64,000 nt of DNA, taken from NCBI GenBank assembly GCA_028699085.1, contig JAQVVF010000002.1:68557-132556 (forward strand), read 5' to 3'. A program made the position numbers and the translations under genes. This document shows positions 1 through 10,721 of the stretch, one piece after another. Below the pieces are notes generated by a model, which did no database searches, was not told the origin of the DNA, and saw nothing but the letters and a program-made list of their open reading frames with translations. This stretch comes from Patescibacteria group bacterium. Lineage in GTDB: Bacteria; Patescibacteriota; JABMPQ01; JAQVVF01. Each line of letters starts with the position of its first letter. The first letter of the stretch is position 1.

Positions 1-209
1 GCACGAGTCTTAACTGGGGACTGTCCGCTGATTCTTTTTAGATTATCAATCATTATATCAATAAGTTTTGGATCTTTCAAGGTCTTTCCGGCACCAATAT
101 TCAAAACAACTTTAGTGATCTTTGGAATTTCATTTACATTTTTATAACCAAACTTCTCCTTCATAAAAGGCACAATCTTCTCATTATATTTTTTTTGTAG
201 TTCTGTCAT
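1..209 (-). CDS. rplE: 50S ribosomal protein L5, N-terminal part (gene runs off left edge)
   Basis: Minus-strand translation from ATG at 209: MTELQKKYNEKIVPFMKEKFGYKNVNEIPKITKVVLNIGAGK... L5-like; position after L24 in spc order. Confidence 0.8.
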   Translation of the reverse strand, partial: MTELQKKYNEKIVPFMKEKFGYKNVNEIPKITKVVLNIGAGKTLKDPKLIDIMIDNLKRISGQSPVKTR

Positions 210-227
210 TACTTTATTACTTTATAA

Positions 228-536
228 TTAAATAGTTTCTTTGCATTTCTTGCAAATTCTAAATTTTTTCTTGTTTTCACCAATCTTTATTCCTGTTCTA
301 ACAGCCTTATTGCATTTTGGACATTTAAACAAAACATTAGAAATATCAATTGGCATATCTACTTGTATTTTCTGACCTTTCTTATCTTGTCTTTTAGATT
401 TTGCATGCTTTGACAATTTATTAACATTCTCAACAACAATTTTATCTTTTTTTGGCAAAACCGAAAGAACTTTGCCAACCTTGCCTTTGTCTTTGCCTGA
501 TATTACTAATACATTATCGCCTTTTTTAATTCTCAT
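228..536 (-). CDS. rplX: 50S ribosomal protein L24 with C-terminal CxxC...CxxC zinc-ribbon tail
   Basis: KOW-type N-terminus MRIKKGDNVLVISGKDKGKVGKV; gene order L14-L24-L5. Confidence 0.88.
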   Translation of the reverse strand: MRIKKGDNVLVISGKDKGKVGKVLSVLPKKDKIVVENVNKLSKHAKSKRQDKKGQKIQVDMPIDISNVLFKCPKCNKAVRTGIKIGENKKKFRICKKCKETI

Positions 537-583
537 AAAATTCTTATTTGTAAATATTATCTACAGAACAACATTATTTATTC

Positions 584-949
584 TTATAATACTTCAACTG
601 CTAAAGATATAATCTTAGAAAAATCGCCCTTTCTTAATTCACGAGCTACTGGACCAAAAATTCTAGTCCCTTTTGGCTCCTTGCCATCAATAATTACCGC
701 TGCATTTTCATCAAACTTAATATATGTTCCATCTTCACGTCTTAATTCTTTATTTTGTCTGACGATAACAGCTTTTACTACTTCCTTGTTCTTAACAACT
801 CCGCCTGGAATAGCTTCTAATACAACAGCTGTAATAGTATCTCCAATTCTAGCGTATCTTCTTTTAAATCCTCTATGTACTCTAACACAACGGATAATCT
901 TTGCTCCGGTGTTATCAGCAACTTTCAATTTTGTTTGAGTCTGTATCAT
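584..949 (-). CDS. rplN: 50S ribosomal protein L14
   Basis: [17 protein letters not shown]...conserved L14 sequence. Confidence 0.95.
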   Translation of the reverse strand: MIQTQTKLKVADNTGAKIIRCVRVHRGFKRRYARIGDTITAVVLEAIPGGVVKNKEVVKAVIVRQNKELRREDGTYIKFDENAAVIIDGKEPKGTRIFGPVARELRKGDFSKIISLAVEVL

Positions 950-950
950 C

Positions 951-1214
951 TTATTTAGCTAATATTTTCTTTAATCTATAATGTTTATCTTTGCTCAAAG
1001 GCCTGCATTGCTCAATCAAGACAACATTACCAACTTTAGCTTTATTATTCAAATCATGAGCTTTTACTTTCAAAGAAACATAATATCTCTTTTTATAAAC
1101 AGGATGAGCCTTAATTCTTTCAACCTCAACAACAATGGATTTATCCATTTTATCAGATACAACTGTACCTTCTAATTGGCGTGGCATTTTTTTCTTATCT
1201 AAATTTTTTTCCAT
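951..1214 (-). CDS. rpsQ: 30S ribosomal protein S17
   Basis: [18 protein letters not shown]...HPVYKK motif; operon position. Confidence 0.9.
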   Translation of the reverse strand: MEKNLDKKKMPRQLEGTVVSDKMDKSIVVEVERIKAHPVYKKRYYVSLKVKAHDLNNKAKVGNVVLIEQCRPLSKDKHYRLKKILAK

Positions 1215-1233
1215 ATAATTTATAATACTGTAA

Positions 1234-1434
1234 TTAAGCTTCTTTAATTAATAATCTTTCTTTCATGACTGTCAGAACTTTTGCAATATCTTTCTTTAAC
1301 AAAGAAATTTCTTTTACATTCTTATGTTGATTTGAAGCAATCTTAAATCTAACTTCACGCAGGCTTTCTCTTTTTTCAGCCAACATTTTCACTAACTCTT
1401 TATCCTTTTTTTCTCTGATTTCTTTAACTTTCAT
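1234..1434 (-). CDS. rpmC: 50S ribosomal protein L29
   Basis: 66 aa helical protein MKVKEIREKKDKEL...; between L16 and S17. Confidence 0.85.
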   Translation of the reverse strand: MKVKEIREKKDKELVKMLAEKRESLREVRFKIASNQHKNVKEISLLKKDIAKVLTVMKERLLIKEA

Positions 1435-1461
1435 ACTTTAAAACTTTATAACTTTAAAACT

Positions 1462-1869
1462 TTATAACTCCATTATAAACTTAGTCTTAATCGGTAATTT
1501 GTTAGCAGCCAAACGTAATGCCTCTCGTGCGACTTTCTCCGTTACTCCGTCCATTTCAAATAAAATCTTTCCTGGTGCAACAGAAACAACAAAATGATCA
1601 ACTGCACCCTTGCCTTTACCCATTGGAGTTTCAGCTCCTTTTGTAGTTACTGGCTTATCAGGAAATATTCTAATCCAAACTTTTCCACCACGTTGGATAA
1701 ATCTAGTCATAGCACGTCTAGAAGCTTCAATCTGTCTTGCTGTCAACCACTTACCTTCCATCGCTTTAATACCAAACATACCAAAACTTAATTGACTTCC
1801 ACGAACCTCAAGTCTTTTATTGCTTCCTTTTTGCCATTTTCTATGTTTTACTTTTTTCGGCATTAACAT
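1462..1869 (-). CDS. rplP: 50S ribosomal protein L16
   Basis: [15 protein letters not shown]... classic L16 N-terminus. Confidence 0.95.
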   Translation of the reverse strand: MLMPKKVKHRKWQKGSNKRLEVRGSQLSFGMFGIKAMEGKWLTARQIEASRRAMTRFIQRGGKVWIRIFPDKPVTTKGAETPMGKGKGAVDHFVVSVAPGKILFEMDGVTEKVAREALRLAANKLPIKTKFIMEL

Positions 1870-1898
1870 ATATTCGAAATTAGCTTAATTCTTAAAAA

Positions 1899-2540
1899 TT
1901 ATTTCTGAAAAACTTCACCTTTATAAATCCACACTTTGACACCGATTGTTCCCATTGTAGTTTGCGCATTTCTTTTAGCAAAATCAATATTAGCTCTCAA
2001 AGTATGTAAAGGTAATTTTCCTTCTGCAACCCATTCTCTTCTCGACATTTCCGATCCATCTAATCTGCCAGAAACCATAATCTTGCAACCTTTGACATGT
2101 CTATTCTGCATTGTTCTCTCTAATGCTCTCTTAATAACTCTTCTAAATGAAATTCTTTTTTCAAGTTGTTCTGCAATTAATACTCCAACTGTAGCTGCAT
2201 CTGCTTCTGGCTCTTTTATTTCTTTAATATTAATATCAACCTTTATTCCATTACCAACAATTTTTGCAATATCTTTTTTCATATCTTCAATTTCTGTTCC
2301 ACCACGACCGATAATAATTCCAGGTCTTGAAGAATGCAAAGTAAAAATTATTGATTGTGCAGTTCTTTCAATTTCAACTATAGACAAAGCAGCATTTTTC
2401 AATTTCTCAAAAATCATCTTTCTCAACTTTACATCACTAATCAAATAATTTTTATATTTTTGATTATCAGAAAACCACTTCGATGACCAAGTCTGCAATC
2501 CCCCTATTCTCAAACTGATTGGACTTATCTTATGTCCCAT
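1899..2540 (-). CDS. rpsC: 30S ribosomal protein S3
   Basis: MGHKISPISLRIGG...KH domain GRGG; operon position. Confidence 0.95.
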   Translation of the reverse strand: MGHKISPISLRIGGLQTWSSKWFSDNQKYKNYLISDVKLRKMIFEKLKNAALSIVEIERTAQSIIFTLHSSRPGIIIGRGGTEIEDMKKDIAKIVGNGIKVDINIKEIKEPEADAATVGVLIAEQLEKRISFRRVIKRALERTMQNRHVKGCKIMVSGRLDGSEMSRREWVAEGKLPLHTLRANIDFAKRNAQTTMGTIGVKVWIYKGEVFQK

Positions 2541-2583
2541 ATGTTTAAATAAAAATACTTAATAACTTTATAAAACCTTTAAA

Positions 2584-3087
2584 CTACATTGCTTTTCTTT
2601 GGAAGATCTTATTACCACCGCTTGTCTTTCTTCCAAAAAATCCCCGTTTCTGATCATTATTCTTGCCCCATTTCTTTTTTTTCTTTACTTTCTTTTCTTG
2701 TTTTTCTACAATTTTAGCTTCTTCTTTCTTAATTTTCTTAGCTTTTTTTCCTTTTACTTTTTCTTCCAATTCAATTTCAATATGGCTTGTTCTTCTTCTA
2801 ATAGTATAAGCTCTACCAAATGCTCGAGGACGAAATCTCTTCAATGTCGGTGCTTCATTAACAAAAACCTTAAAAACAAACAGATTATCTTTCTCCATAT
2901 TAAAGTTATGAACTGCGTTACTTGTAGCAGATAATAACAATTTCAATACTAAATCTGAAGATTTTTTATTCAAAAATCTCAATTGATTTTCTGCATCAAT
3001 CACATCTAAACCTCGAATTAGATCAACTACTAATTTCGCTTTTCTCGGAGCAATATGTAAATGTCTTAATGTTGCTTTAACTGACAT
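2584..3087 (-). CDS. rplV: 50S ribosomal protein L22 with ~55 aa Lys-rich C-terminal extension
   Basis: N-terminal 110 aa L22-like (ATLRHLHIAPRKAKLVVDLIRG); long KKEEAK...KKKKKW tail. Confidence 0.9.
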   Translation of the reverse strand: MSVKATLRHLHIAPRKAKLVVDLIRGLDVIDAENQLRFLNKKSSDLVLKLLLSATSNAVHNFNMEKDNLFVFKVFVNEAPTLKRFRPRAFGRAYTIRRRTSHIEIELEEKVKGKKAKKIKKEEAKIVEKQEKKVKKKKKWGKNNDQKRGFFGRKTSGGNKIFQRKAM

Positions 3088-3098
3088 ATATAGATTAA

Positions 3099-3446
3099 TT
3101 ATTCTTTAACTTCTTTTTTTTCACCTTCTTGCGCAGCTGCTAACTTTTGCGTCTCTGCTGCTTGAGCTGCTGCTGCTTCTTCCTTAGCAATTCTACCACC
3201 ATGAACTTCAAATCTTCTTGTCGGAGAAAACTCACCCAATCTATGTCCAACCATTTCTTCTGTTAAAAATACTGGAATGTGTTCTTTTCCATTATGTACT
3301 CCAATTGTAAAACCTACCATTTCTGGAAAAATAGTTGAGGATCTAGACCATGTTTTAATGATAGTCTTATCTCCTTGTCTCAATTTCTTTAATTTCTTTA
3401 AAAGTTTTGGATCACACCACAAACCTTTCTTTAAACTTCGTGACAT
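3099..3446 (-). CDS. rpsS: 30S ribosomal protein S19 with Ala/Glu-rich C-terminal tail
   Basis: [19 protein letters not shown]...[18 protein letters not shown]19 core. Confidence 0.9.
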   Translation of the reverse strand: MSRSLKKGLWCDPKLLKKLKKLRQGDKTIIKTWSRSSTIFPEMVGFTIGVHNGKEHIPVFLTEEMVGHRLGEFSPTRRFEVHGGRIAKEEAAAAQAAETQKLAAAQEGEKKEVKE

Positions 3447-3473
3447 AATATATGTAACTTAGTATCTTATAAA

Positions 3474-4304
3474 TTATTTTCTTCTTCTAAGTATCAACTT
3501 ATCCGATAATCTATGAGGTTTTCTAGTCTTGACACCCATTGCTGGCTTGCCCCATCTTGTCTTTGGATGAATCATACCAATTGAGTTTCTTCCTTCACCA
3601 CCACCATGTGGGTGATCTTTTGGATTCATCGCTTTACCTCTTACTTCTGGTCTTCTGCCCATTTTTCTGCTTCTACCTGCGCTACCAATTATGATATTTC
3701 CATGATCAATATTGCTAATTCTACCAATCGTTGCACAAGAATCAATTAAGATATTTCTTACTTCACCAGAAGGAAATTTTAATTGAGCAAACTTGCCTTC
3801 AATTGCTAAAAGTTGAGCAGCTGCACCAGCACTTCTAACCATTTGTCCGCCTCTATTAGGCGCAAATTCAACTTCAGAAATAAAAGTACCCGTAGGAATA
3901 TATTTCAATGGATATCTATTTCCAACGGTTGCTTCAAGCTTTTTCAATGAACTCTTGACTTTATCACCAACCTTCAAATTTTCTTGAGCTAAAATATATG
4001 CCTTAGAACCATCAGTGTATTCAATCAATGCAACAAAAGCAGATCTATTTGGATCATATTCCAAGCTTTTTACTTCACCTTCAACATCATAATTTGATCT
4101 TCTAAAATCAATCATTCTATATTGTCTTTTGCTGCTTCCACCACGATGACGAATCGTAATTTTTCCTCGATGATTTCTACCACTATGTTTTTTTAATGCT
4201 ACAATCAAACCTTTTTCAGGTTCTTTTTTTGTTAACATTGAAAAATCAACGGTCGTAATATATCGTCTTGATGCTGTAACTGGTTTGTAGGTCTTAATTG
4301 GCAT
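3474..4304 (-). CDS. rplB: 50S ribosomal protein L2
   Basis: 276 aa; ...GRNHRGKITIRHRGGSSKRQYR..., HPHGGGEG motif. Confidence 0.95.
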   Translation of the reverse strand: MPIKTYKPVTASRRYITTVDFSMLTKKEPEKGLIVALKKHSGRNHRGKITIRHRGGSSKRQYRMIDFRRSNYDVEGEVKSLEYDPNRSAFVALIEYTDGSKAYILAQENLKVGDKVKSSLKKLEATVGNRYPLKYIPTGTFISEVEFAPNRGGQMVRSAGAAAQLLAIEGKFAQLKFPSGEVRNILIDSCATIGRISNIDHGNIIIGSAGRSRKMGRRPEVRGKAMNPKDHPHGGGEGRNSIGMIHPKTRWGKPAMGVKTRKPHRLSDKLILRRRK

Positions 4305-4349
4305 TATCGAAAATTATTACTTTATAAATTTTGTAACTTTAAAACTCCG

Positions 4350-4754
4350 TTATACTCCTTCATAGATCTGGATGCTTTTTCCTGCTGGCAATGTTACAAT
4401 CGCTTTCTTTTTTGCGGAAGTCTGTCCAACTGTTTTTCCATATCTTCTTGATTTTCCAGATAAATTTATAACATTAACTTTTATTGGTTTAATTCCATAA
4501 ACTGCATAAATTGCTCTTGCAATCTCTTGCTTTGAAGCTGAGCTCTTTACTTGAAAAACATATTTATTAGAAATATTCAAATCTGCGCCTTTTTCTGAAA
4601 CTACCGGTTTTAACAAACATCTATGTGCTGCGCTATAAATATTTACAGCCTTTTTCGACTTTTCAGTATTTTTAGCAACTGAATCTTTCTTCTTAATAGA
4701 AGTTTCTTTTTTCTCATCTTTCTTTCCTTTTTTGAATACATCTAATAAAGCCAT
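4350..4754 (-). CDS. rplW: 50S ribosomal protein L23 with Lys-rich N-terminal extension
   Basis: C-terminal ~95 aa L23-like; operon position L4-L23-L2. Confidence 0.85.
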   Translation of the reverse strand: MALLDVFKKGKKDEKKETSIKKKDSVAKNTEKSKKAVNIYSAAHRCLLKPVVSEKGADLNISNKYVFQVKSSASKQEIARAIYAVYGIKPIKVNVINLSGKSRRYGKTVGQTSAKKKAIVTLPAGKSIQIYEGV

Positions 4755-4770
4755 ATATTTAACTTGAAAA

Positions 4771-5382
4771 TTATTTAATCATTGCTAAAGATTTCTTATC
4801 TACAACCAATGTATCATATTTAACAACGTCATAAACGTTCAATAAATTTGATAATAATGGTTTTACACTTGAAACATTTCTGATAGACTTCATTGTCTTT
4901 TCATCATTTTCATTCAGCATTACCAAGGCGTTTTTTTCTACTTTAATATTCCTTAAAATCTTTACAAACTCTTTAGTTTTAATTGCTTCCATTTTTAATT
5001 CATCAAGAACAACTAATTTCTTTGAATTGTATTTATCAGAAAGCGCCATATGCAAAGCTTTTCTTTTTTCCTTCTTGTTTATTCTTTTTACATCATTCTT
5101 AGTCGCAACAGGACCAAATGTCTTACCTCCGCCCTTCCATAATGGAGAACGAATAGAACCAACACGAGCACGTCCTGTACCTTTTTGCTTCCATGGCTTA
5201 ATACCGCCACCTCTTACCTCAGCTCTATCTTTTGATTTGGAAGTAACTTCTTTTTTGCTCAATTGGGCAACAACTGCACGATGTACAACAGAATTTTTAA
5301 CTTCAACACCAAAAATATTTGGATCTAAATCCACTGTACCAACTTTCTTTCCTTCTTTGTTCAATATATCAACTTTTAACAT
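4771..5382 (-). CDS. rplD: 50S ribosomal protein L4
   Basis: RGGGIKPWKQKGTGRAR motif. Confidence 0.92.
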   Translation of the reverse strand: MLKVDILNKEGKKVGTVDLDPNIFGVEVKNSVVHRAVVAQLSKKEVTSKSKDRAEVRGGGIKPWKQKGTGRARVGSIRSPLWKGGGKTFGPVATKNDVKRINKKEKRKALHMALSDKYNSKKLVVLDELKMEAIKTKEFVKILRNIKVEKNALVMLNENDEKTMKSIRNVSSVKPLLSNLLNVYDVVKYDTLVVDKKSLAMIK

Positions 5383-5400
5383 ATGTAGCTAAAATAATCT

Positions 5401-6012
5401 TTAATTTCCACGAATTCTTAACCATGTTCCAACTTTGCCAGGCAAAGCTCCTTTTACGGCTAATACGTTTTCATTCACATTTATATCTAAAACTGATGAA
5501 TTCTTTGAAGTTACATTTTCTCCACCCATTCTTCCACCCATTCTTCTACCTTTCATAACGTGTTGAGGATGACCGGAGTTAATAGAACCAGGAGCTCTCC
5601 AATCGTGCTTATGACCATGCGAATGTGGTGCTCCATGAAAACCATGCCTCTTCATAACTCCAGCAAAGCCCTTACCTTTTGAAACGCCTGAAATAGACAA
5701 AGAATCACCAATTTTGAACTGTGAAATATCAATTTTATCACCAATTTTAAATGGAGTCAAGTCTTCAATTCTGAACTCTGCGAAACTACTTAAATTTTCT
5801 TTGATACCCGCCTTATTTAACGATCCTTTTACTCTACCATCGCCCTTTTTAACAATTTTATAGCCAACTTGAATAGCAGAATAGCCATCCTTTTTAGCAT
5901 CCAAAAGCCTAGTAACAAAACAATTACCAATTCTAATTAAGGTAACAGCTTCAAGTTTACCTTCTTTGTACATTCTACTCATTCCAATTTTTTCGCCAAA
6001 AATGAATTTCAT
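5401..6012 (-). CDS. rplC: 50S ribosomal protein L3
   Basis: MKFIFGEKIGMSRMY...GKGFAGVMKRHGF motifs. Confidence 0.95.
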   Translation of the reverse strand: MKFIFGEKIGMSRMYKEGKLEAVTLIRIGNCFVTRLLDAKKDGYSAIQVGYKIVKKGDGRVKGSLNKAGIKENLSSFAEFRIEDLTPFKIGDKIDISQFKIGDSLSISGVSKGKGFAGVMKRHGFHGAPHSHGHKHDWRAPGSINSGHPQHVMKGRRMGGRMGGENVTSKNSSVLDINVNENVLAVKGALPGKVGTWLRIRGN

Positions 6013-6243
6013 TGCTTAAAAATATATATTAACAATATTTATCTATTTCTAAAAAATAAATAAAGACCTAGATAAATTAGGTTAACAAACCTCAAGCGAA
6101 CTAGTCGCCATCTTATTTGCTAAACTTAGTCTATATCTAAAACTATATCTAAACTCGTAACAAATACCTTTAAAACATTCACAAAATCTTTCTCAAGCAT
6201 TCAAATACTCACTCGATTTATTCGAAAAAGCATTCGAGTAAGA

Positions 6244-6585
6244 TTACATCTTTATTTCAACATCAACACCTGCTGGTAAATTAAGGTTCGACAAAGCATC
6301 AATAGTCTTTGGAGTTGGCTTTACAATATCAATCAATCTCTTATGAATTCTAATCTCAAATTGTTCACGAGCGTCTTTATGAACAAATGTAGATTTCAAA
6401 ACAGTATCCCTATGCTTTTCAGTAGGAAGTGGAATCGGGCCGATAACTTCTGCACCGGATCTCTTTGCAGTTTCAATTATCTGCTCTGCTGATTGATCAA
6501 TAATCTTATGATCAAATGCCTTAATTTTAATTCTTATTCTTGGAGAAGATGTTTCTTCTTTCTTTTCTTGATTCTTTGTCATCAA
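6244..6585 (-). CDS. rpsJ: 30S ribosomal protein S10
   Basis: [23 protein letters not shown]... S10 core with short N-terminal extension. Confidence 0.9.
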   Translation of the reverse strand: MMTKNQEKKEETSSPRIRIKIKAFDHKIIDQSAEQIIETAKRSGAEVIGPIPLPTEKHRDTVLKSTFVHKDAREQFEIRIHKRLIDIVKPTPKTIDALSNLNLPAGVDVEIKM

Positions 6586-6595
6586 AAGGACTTAT

Positions 6596-6629
6596 TTATT
6601 AAAACCCGACTCAAGTTTGATGAGTCGGG
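6596..6629 (-). terminator. Rho-independent terminator downstream of tuf
   Basis: CCCGACTCA-agtttga-TGAGTCGGG stem-loop followed by T-run on minus strand. Confidence 0.6.
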
Positions 6630-6643
6630 TCTTACTTAATCAT

Positions 6644-7837
6644 TTATTTAATAATCTTAGTTACAACACCAGCACCAACTGTTTTTCCGCCTTCGCGGAT
6701 AGCAAATTTCATCTTTTCTTCCATAGCAACTGGAGCAACTAATTTAACTTTCATTCCATTTACAGTATCGCCAGGCATAACCATTTCAGTTCCAGAAGGT
6801 AATGTTACTTCACCAGTAACATCAGTAGTTCTGACATAGAATTGTGGTTTATAGCCATTTGTAAATGCTGTATGGCGTCCGCCTTCTTCTTTCTTCAAAA
6901 TATAGGATTCTGCTTCAAATTCAGTATGAGGAGTAATTGAACCTGGTTTTGCTAATACTTGTCCTCTTTCAACATCTTCTTTCTTTGTACCACGTAACAA
7001 GATACCAGCGTTATCACCAGCTCTACCTTCATCCAAAGATTTATTGAACATTTCAATGCCAGTAGCAACAGTTTTTTGAGTAGGTTTTAAACCAACAATT
7101 TCAACAGCATCATTAATTTTAACCATGCCTCTTTCAATTCTACCAGTTACAACAGTTCCACGTCCTTCAATTGAGAATACATCTTCAATAGGCATTAATA
7201 ATGGTTTATCAACATCTCTTTTTGGATCAGGGATATATGAATCTAATTTTTCCAATAATTCTAGAATTGGTTTTCCTGCTTCACCTGATGGATCTTCCAA
7301 AGCTTTTAAAGCTGAACCTTTTACAATTGGAACTTCATCGCCAGGAAAATGATATTTCTTTAATAATTCTCTAACTTCTTCTTCAACCAAAGCAACCATT
7401 TCTGGGTCGTCAACTTGATCAACTTTGTTTAAAAATACAACAATTGATGGAACACCAACTTGATAAGCTAAAAGAATATGCTCTCTTGTTTGAGGCATTG
7501 GTCCATCAGCAGCAGATACAACCAAAATAGCACCATCCATTTGAGCTGCACCAGTAATCATATTCTTAATATAATCAGCGTGTCCTGGGCAATCAACGTG
7601 TGCATAGTGTCTTTTGTCTGTTTCATATTCACAGTGAGCTGTAGCAATAGTAATACCTCTCTCATGCTCTTCTGGAGCTGAGTCAATTTGATCAACTGAT
7701 CTTTCTTGTGCTTTACCTTTTCCAGTAGCATTGATAACTTTCAAAATAGCTGCTGTTAAAGTAGTTTTACCATGATCAACATGGCCAATTGTACCTACGT
7801 TTAAATGTGGTTTTGATCTGTCAAATTTTTCTGCCAT
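6644..7837 (-). CDS. tuf: Elongation factor Tu
   Basis: [22 protein letters not shown] motifs; 397 aa. Confidence 0.97.
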   Translation of the reverse strand: MAEKFDRSKPHLNVGTIGHVDHGKTTLTAAILKVINATGKGKAQERSVDQIDSAPEEHERGITIATAHCEYETDKRHYAHVDCPGHADYIKNMITGAAQMDGAILVVSAADGPMPQTREHILLAYQVGVPSIVVFLNKVDQVDDPEMVALVEEEVRELLKKYHFPGDEVPIVKGSALKALEDPSGEAGKPILELLEKLDSYIPDPKRDVDKPLLMPIEDVFSIEGRGTVVTGRIERGMVKINDAVEIVGLKPTQKTVATGIEMFNKSLDEGRAGDNAGILLRGTKKEDVERGQVLAKPGSITPHTEFEAESYILKKEEGGRHTAFTNGYKPQFYVRTTDVTGEVTLPSGTEMVMPGDTVNGMKVKLVAPVAMEEKMKFAIREGGKTVGAGVVTKIIK

Positions 7838-7863
7838 TTTTTTATAGTTTAATTATTATTTTA

Positions 7864-7892
7864 ATTATATACGCAAAAAATTATAATGTCAA
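7864..7892 (-). promoter_or_regulatory. Consensus sigma70-like promoter for tuf (TTGACA-17-TATAAT)
   Basis: Minus-strand TTGACA at 7892-7887, 17-nt spacer, TATAAT at 7869-7864, about 25 nt before tuf ATG. Confidence 0.5.
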
Positions 7893-8021
7893 ATCTAAAT
7901 CCTCTATTTTTACAACTTAAAAAAAATTATGCAAAAATAAAAAATAATATTTCAAAAATCTATTTTGCAAGAAGCATTATAACAACATTTATGATATAAA
8001 GCAAGACCTTTTTGTTGATAA

Positions 8022-8465
8022 CTATAAGTCAAATCTCTCATCTTCTTGCTCACAATCAACATCATAATAATAGCTCAAATCTTCCTCAACAAAATTATCT
8101 TTCTTACTATTTTGCTTAAGCGATTCATAATCAATACATTGCTTATCTTCTATCCAATTCTTTTTTGGCAAGTATTCTGAATAATCTTTTTCTGCTTCTT
8201 CGTTTTCTAATTTCCAACTAGCTATGTCAGAATTTATTTTATCAATCAACATTTTTCCTGAACAACACTTATCAGTTTTTTCTTTTTTGCTCAATATTTT
8301 TTCATATTCAGGAATAGACATTAAAACAAAAGAAGGTTTTCCATTTTCTACAATAATATATTTTCCGCCAGTAGATTTAAATAATCTCAAAATTGCCGGA
8401 AATTCTTTTGGATCTAAAACATTGATTGTCATAATATTTTTATTTTTAATTATTAGATTATTCAA
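8022..8465 (-). CDS. Phd/YefM-type antitoxin-domain protein with acidic Cys-containing C-terminal extension, no toxin partner
   Basis: N-terminal KYIIVENGKPSFVLMSIPEYEKIL matches Phd/YefM beta-alpha pattern; true start may be internal M (MTINVLD). Confidence 0.5.
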   Translation of the reverse strand: MNNLIIKNKNIMTINVLDPKEFPAILRLFKSTGGKYIIVENGKPSFVLMSIPEYEKILSKKEKTDKCCSGKMLIDKINSDIASWKLENEEAEKDYSEYLPKKNWIEDKQCIDYESLKQNSKKDNFVEEDLSYYYDVDCEQEDERFDL

Positions 8466-8524
8466 TTATCCAATTACTAAATGTTTTCAATTAACATTTA
8501 GTAATTAAGAATTTAATAAACTTT

Positions 8525-10648
8525 TTATTTTCCTTCTTTTTTGCCAGTTCTTCCTTCAACAATCTGCAATTCTACATTCTTTGGAACTTGTTCATAATGA
8601 TCAAATTCCATTACGAAATTTCCACGTCCAGAAGTAATTGATCTGATTGTTGTTACATAGCCAAACATTGATGCAAGAGGAACCATGGCAGAAATAATTT
8701 TTAAGTTATCTCTATCTTCCATTTTTTGAATTTGTGCTCTTTTTGAATTTAAATCTCCAACAATATCACCCATGAACTCAGCTGGCATCATAGCTTCAAT
8801 TTTCATTATTGGTTCAAGTAAAATTGGTTTTGCTCTTCTCTCGCCTTCTTTCATCGCCATAGATGCAGCAATTTTGAAAGCAGCTTCAGAAGAATCAACA
8901 TCATGGAAAGATCCATCATATAATGTTGCTTTGATATCAATTACTGGATAACCAGCAATTACGCCTTCTGTTAATGCCTCTTTACAACCTTTTCCTACAG
9001 CAGGAATAAATTCTTGAGGAATGACACCACCTTTAATTTCATTAATAAATTCAAAACCTTTATTTCTTTCATTTGGTTCTAATCGGAGCCAAACATGTCC
9101 ATACTGACCATGACCACCTGATTGTCTAATATATTTTCCTTCAGCCTCAGCAGTACCCAAAATAGTTTCTTTATAAGCAACTTGTGGATTGCCAATATTA
9201 GCTTCGACTTTAAATTCTCTTTTCATTCTATCGACTAAAACATCCAAGTGTAATTCACCCATACCAGAAATAATTGTCTGCATTGTTTCTTCATCAGTAT
9301 GAACTTTAAAAGTAGGATCTTCTTCCGACAAAGCACGCAAAGCCATCGACATTTTTTCCTGATCAGCTTTTGTTTTTGGTTCAATGGCAATTGAAATAAC
9401 TGGTTCAGGAAAAGTAATTTTTTCCAACATAACAGGATGTTCCATATCACATAAAGTATCGCCAGTAGTAGTACCCTTTAAACCAACAATTGCTGCAATA
9501 TCACCAGCATAGACCTCATCCACTTCCTCTCTTTTATTTGCATGCATACGAATAATTCTACCGACTCTTTCTTTACTATCAGTTGAAGAATTCAAGACAT
9601 AAGATCCAGCTGTTAGAATACCTGAATAAACTCTAAAATAAACTAATTTTCCAACAAACGGATCAGTTGCTACTTTAAAAGCTAAAGCTGTAAATGGTTC
9701 AGTATCACTAACCTTTCTTTCAATTTTTTTTGTCTCGTCTTTTGGATCAAATGCAACTATTGCCGGCACATCTAAGGGGCTAGGCAAACAATCAATTACA
9801 TAATCTAATAACTTTTTGATAATTGCTTTTCTACCATCGCCACCCAAAACTGGAAAAAACTTTCCTGTCAAAGTTGCTTTTCTCAAAGCTGCTCTAATCT
9901 CTTCTTCAGTCAATTCTTGTCCTTCTAAATATTTCTCCATTAATTTATCATCAAATTCAACTATTTTTTCAATCATTTCAGCTCGATATTTTTCACACTT
10001 TTCTTTCATATCAGCAGGAATTTCTTTTGGCTCAGATAATTCCATACCCTCTTCTTTTGCATCGACATTAAAATAAGCCTTCATCATAATAAGATCTACA
10101 GCGCCTTTAATATCTTCGCCAGAACCAATTGGCAACATTACTGGATGAGCATTTTTTGATAATCTGCTGTGAATTGAATCTAAGCTTCTATAAAAATCAC
10201 CGCCAACTAAATTGATCTTATTCAAAAAACAAATTCTTGGAACATGATATTTGTCAGCTTGATGCCAAACAGTTTCCGATTGAGGCTCAACTCCCATTTT
10301 GCCATCAAAAACTACAACAGCTCCATCTAAAACACGCAAGGATCTTTCAACTTCTACTGTAAAATCAACGTGTCCAGGAGTATCAATAATATTAATACGA
10401 TGCTTGTCTTGTTCTTTTTTCCAAATTGGAGACCAAAAACAAGTTGTTGCAGCTGAAGTAATCGTAATTCCTCTTTCTTGTTCTTGTTCCATCCAATCCA
10501 TAGTAGCAGCGCCTTCATGAACTTCACCAATCTTATGTGAAATTCCAGTGAAAAACAAAATACGCTCAGTGATAGTTGTTTTACCAGCATCAATATGAGC
10601 TATAATTCCAATATTTCTTGTTTTTTCAAGTGAGTATTCTCTTGGCAT
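8525..10648 (-). CDS. fusA: Elongation factor G
   Basis: [17 protein letters not shown], 707 aa, EF-G domains IV/V. Confidence 0.97.
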   Translation of the reverse strand: MPREYSLEKTRNIGIIAHIDAGKTTITERILFFTGISHKIGEVHEGAATMDWMEQEQERGITITSAATTCFWSPIWKKEQDKHRINIIDTPGHVDFTVEVERSLRVLDGAVVVFDGKMGVEPQSETVWHQADKYHVPRICFLNKINLVGGDFYRSLDSIHSRLSKNAHPVMLPIGSGEDIKGAVDLIMMKAYFNVDAKEEGMELSEPKEIPADMKEKCEKYRAEMIEKIVEFDDKLMEKYLEGQELTEEEIRAALRKATLTGKFFPVLGGDGRKAIIKKLLDYVIDCLPSPLDVPAIVAFDPKDETKKIERKVSDTEPFTALAFKVATDPFVGKLVYFRVYSGILTAGSYVLNSSTDSKERVGRIIRMHANKREEVDEVYAGDIAAIVGLKGTTTGDTLCDMEHPVMLEKITFPEPVISIAIEPKTKADQEKMSMALRALSEEDPTFKVHTDEETMQTIISGMGELHLDVLVDRMKREFKVEANIGNPQVAYKETILGTAEAEGKYIRQSGGHGQYGHVWLRLEPNERNKGFEFINEIKGGVIPQEFIPAVGKGCKEALTEGVIAGYPVIDIKATLYDGSFHDVDSSEAAFKIAASMAMKEGERRAKPILLEPIMKIEAMMPAEFMGDIVGDLNSKRAQIQKMEDRDNLKIISAMVPLASMFGYVTTIRSITSGRGNFVMEFDHYEQVPKNVELQIVEGRTGKKEGK

Positions 10649-10721
10649 AATAAAAATTTAAAAATAAAAATAAATAATAAAAAACACCTACTTAAATATA
10701 TAAAATATCTAAAATCAACTG

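Noticed and set aside
681-5558. Multiple plus-strand ORFs (e.g. 681-938, 981-1175, 1936-2448, 2599-2934, 5027-5392) antisense to ribosomal protein genes
   Set aside because: They lie entirely inside well-supported conserved minus-strand genes. They are spurious antisense frames.
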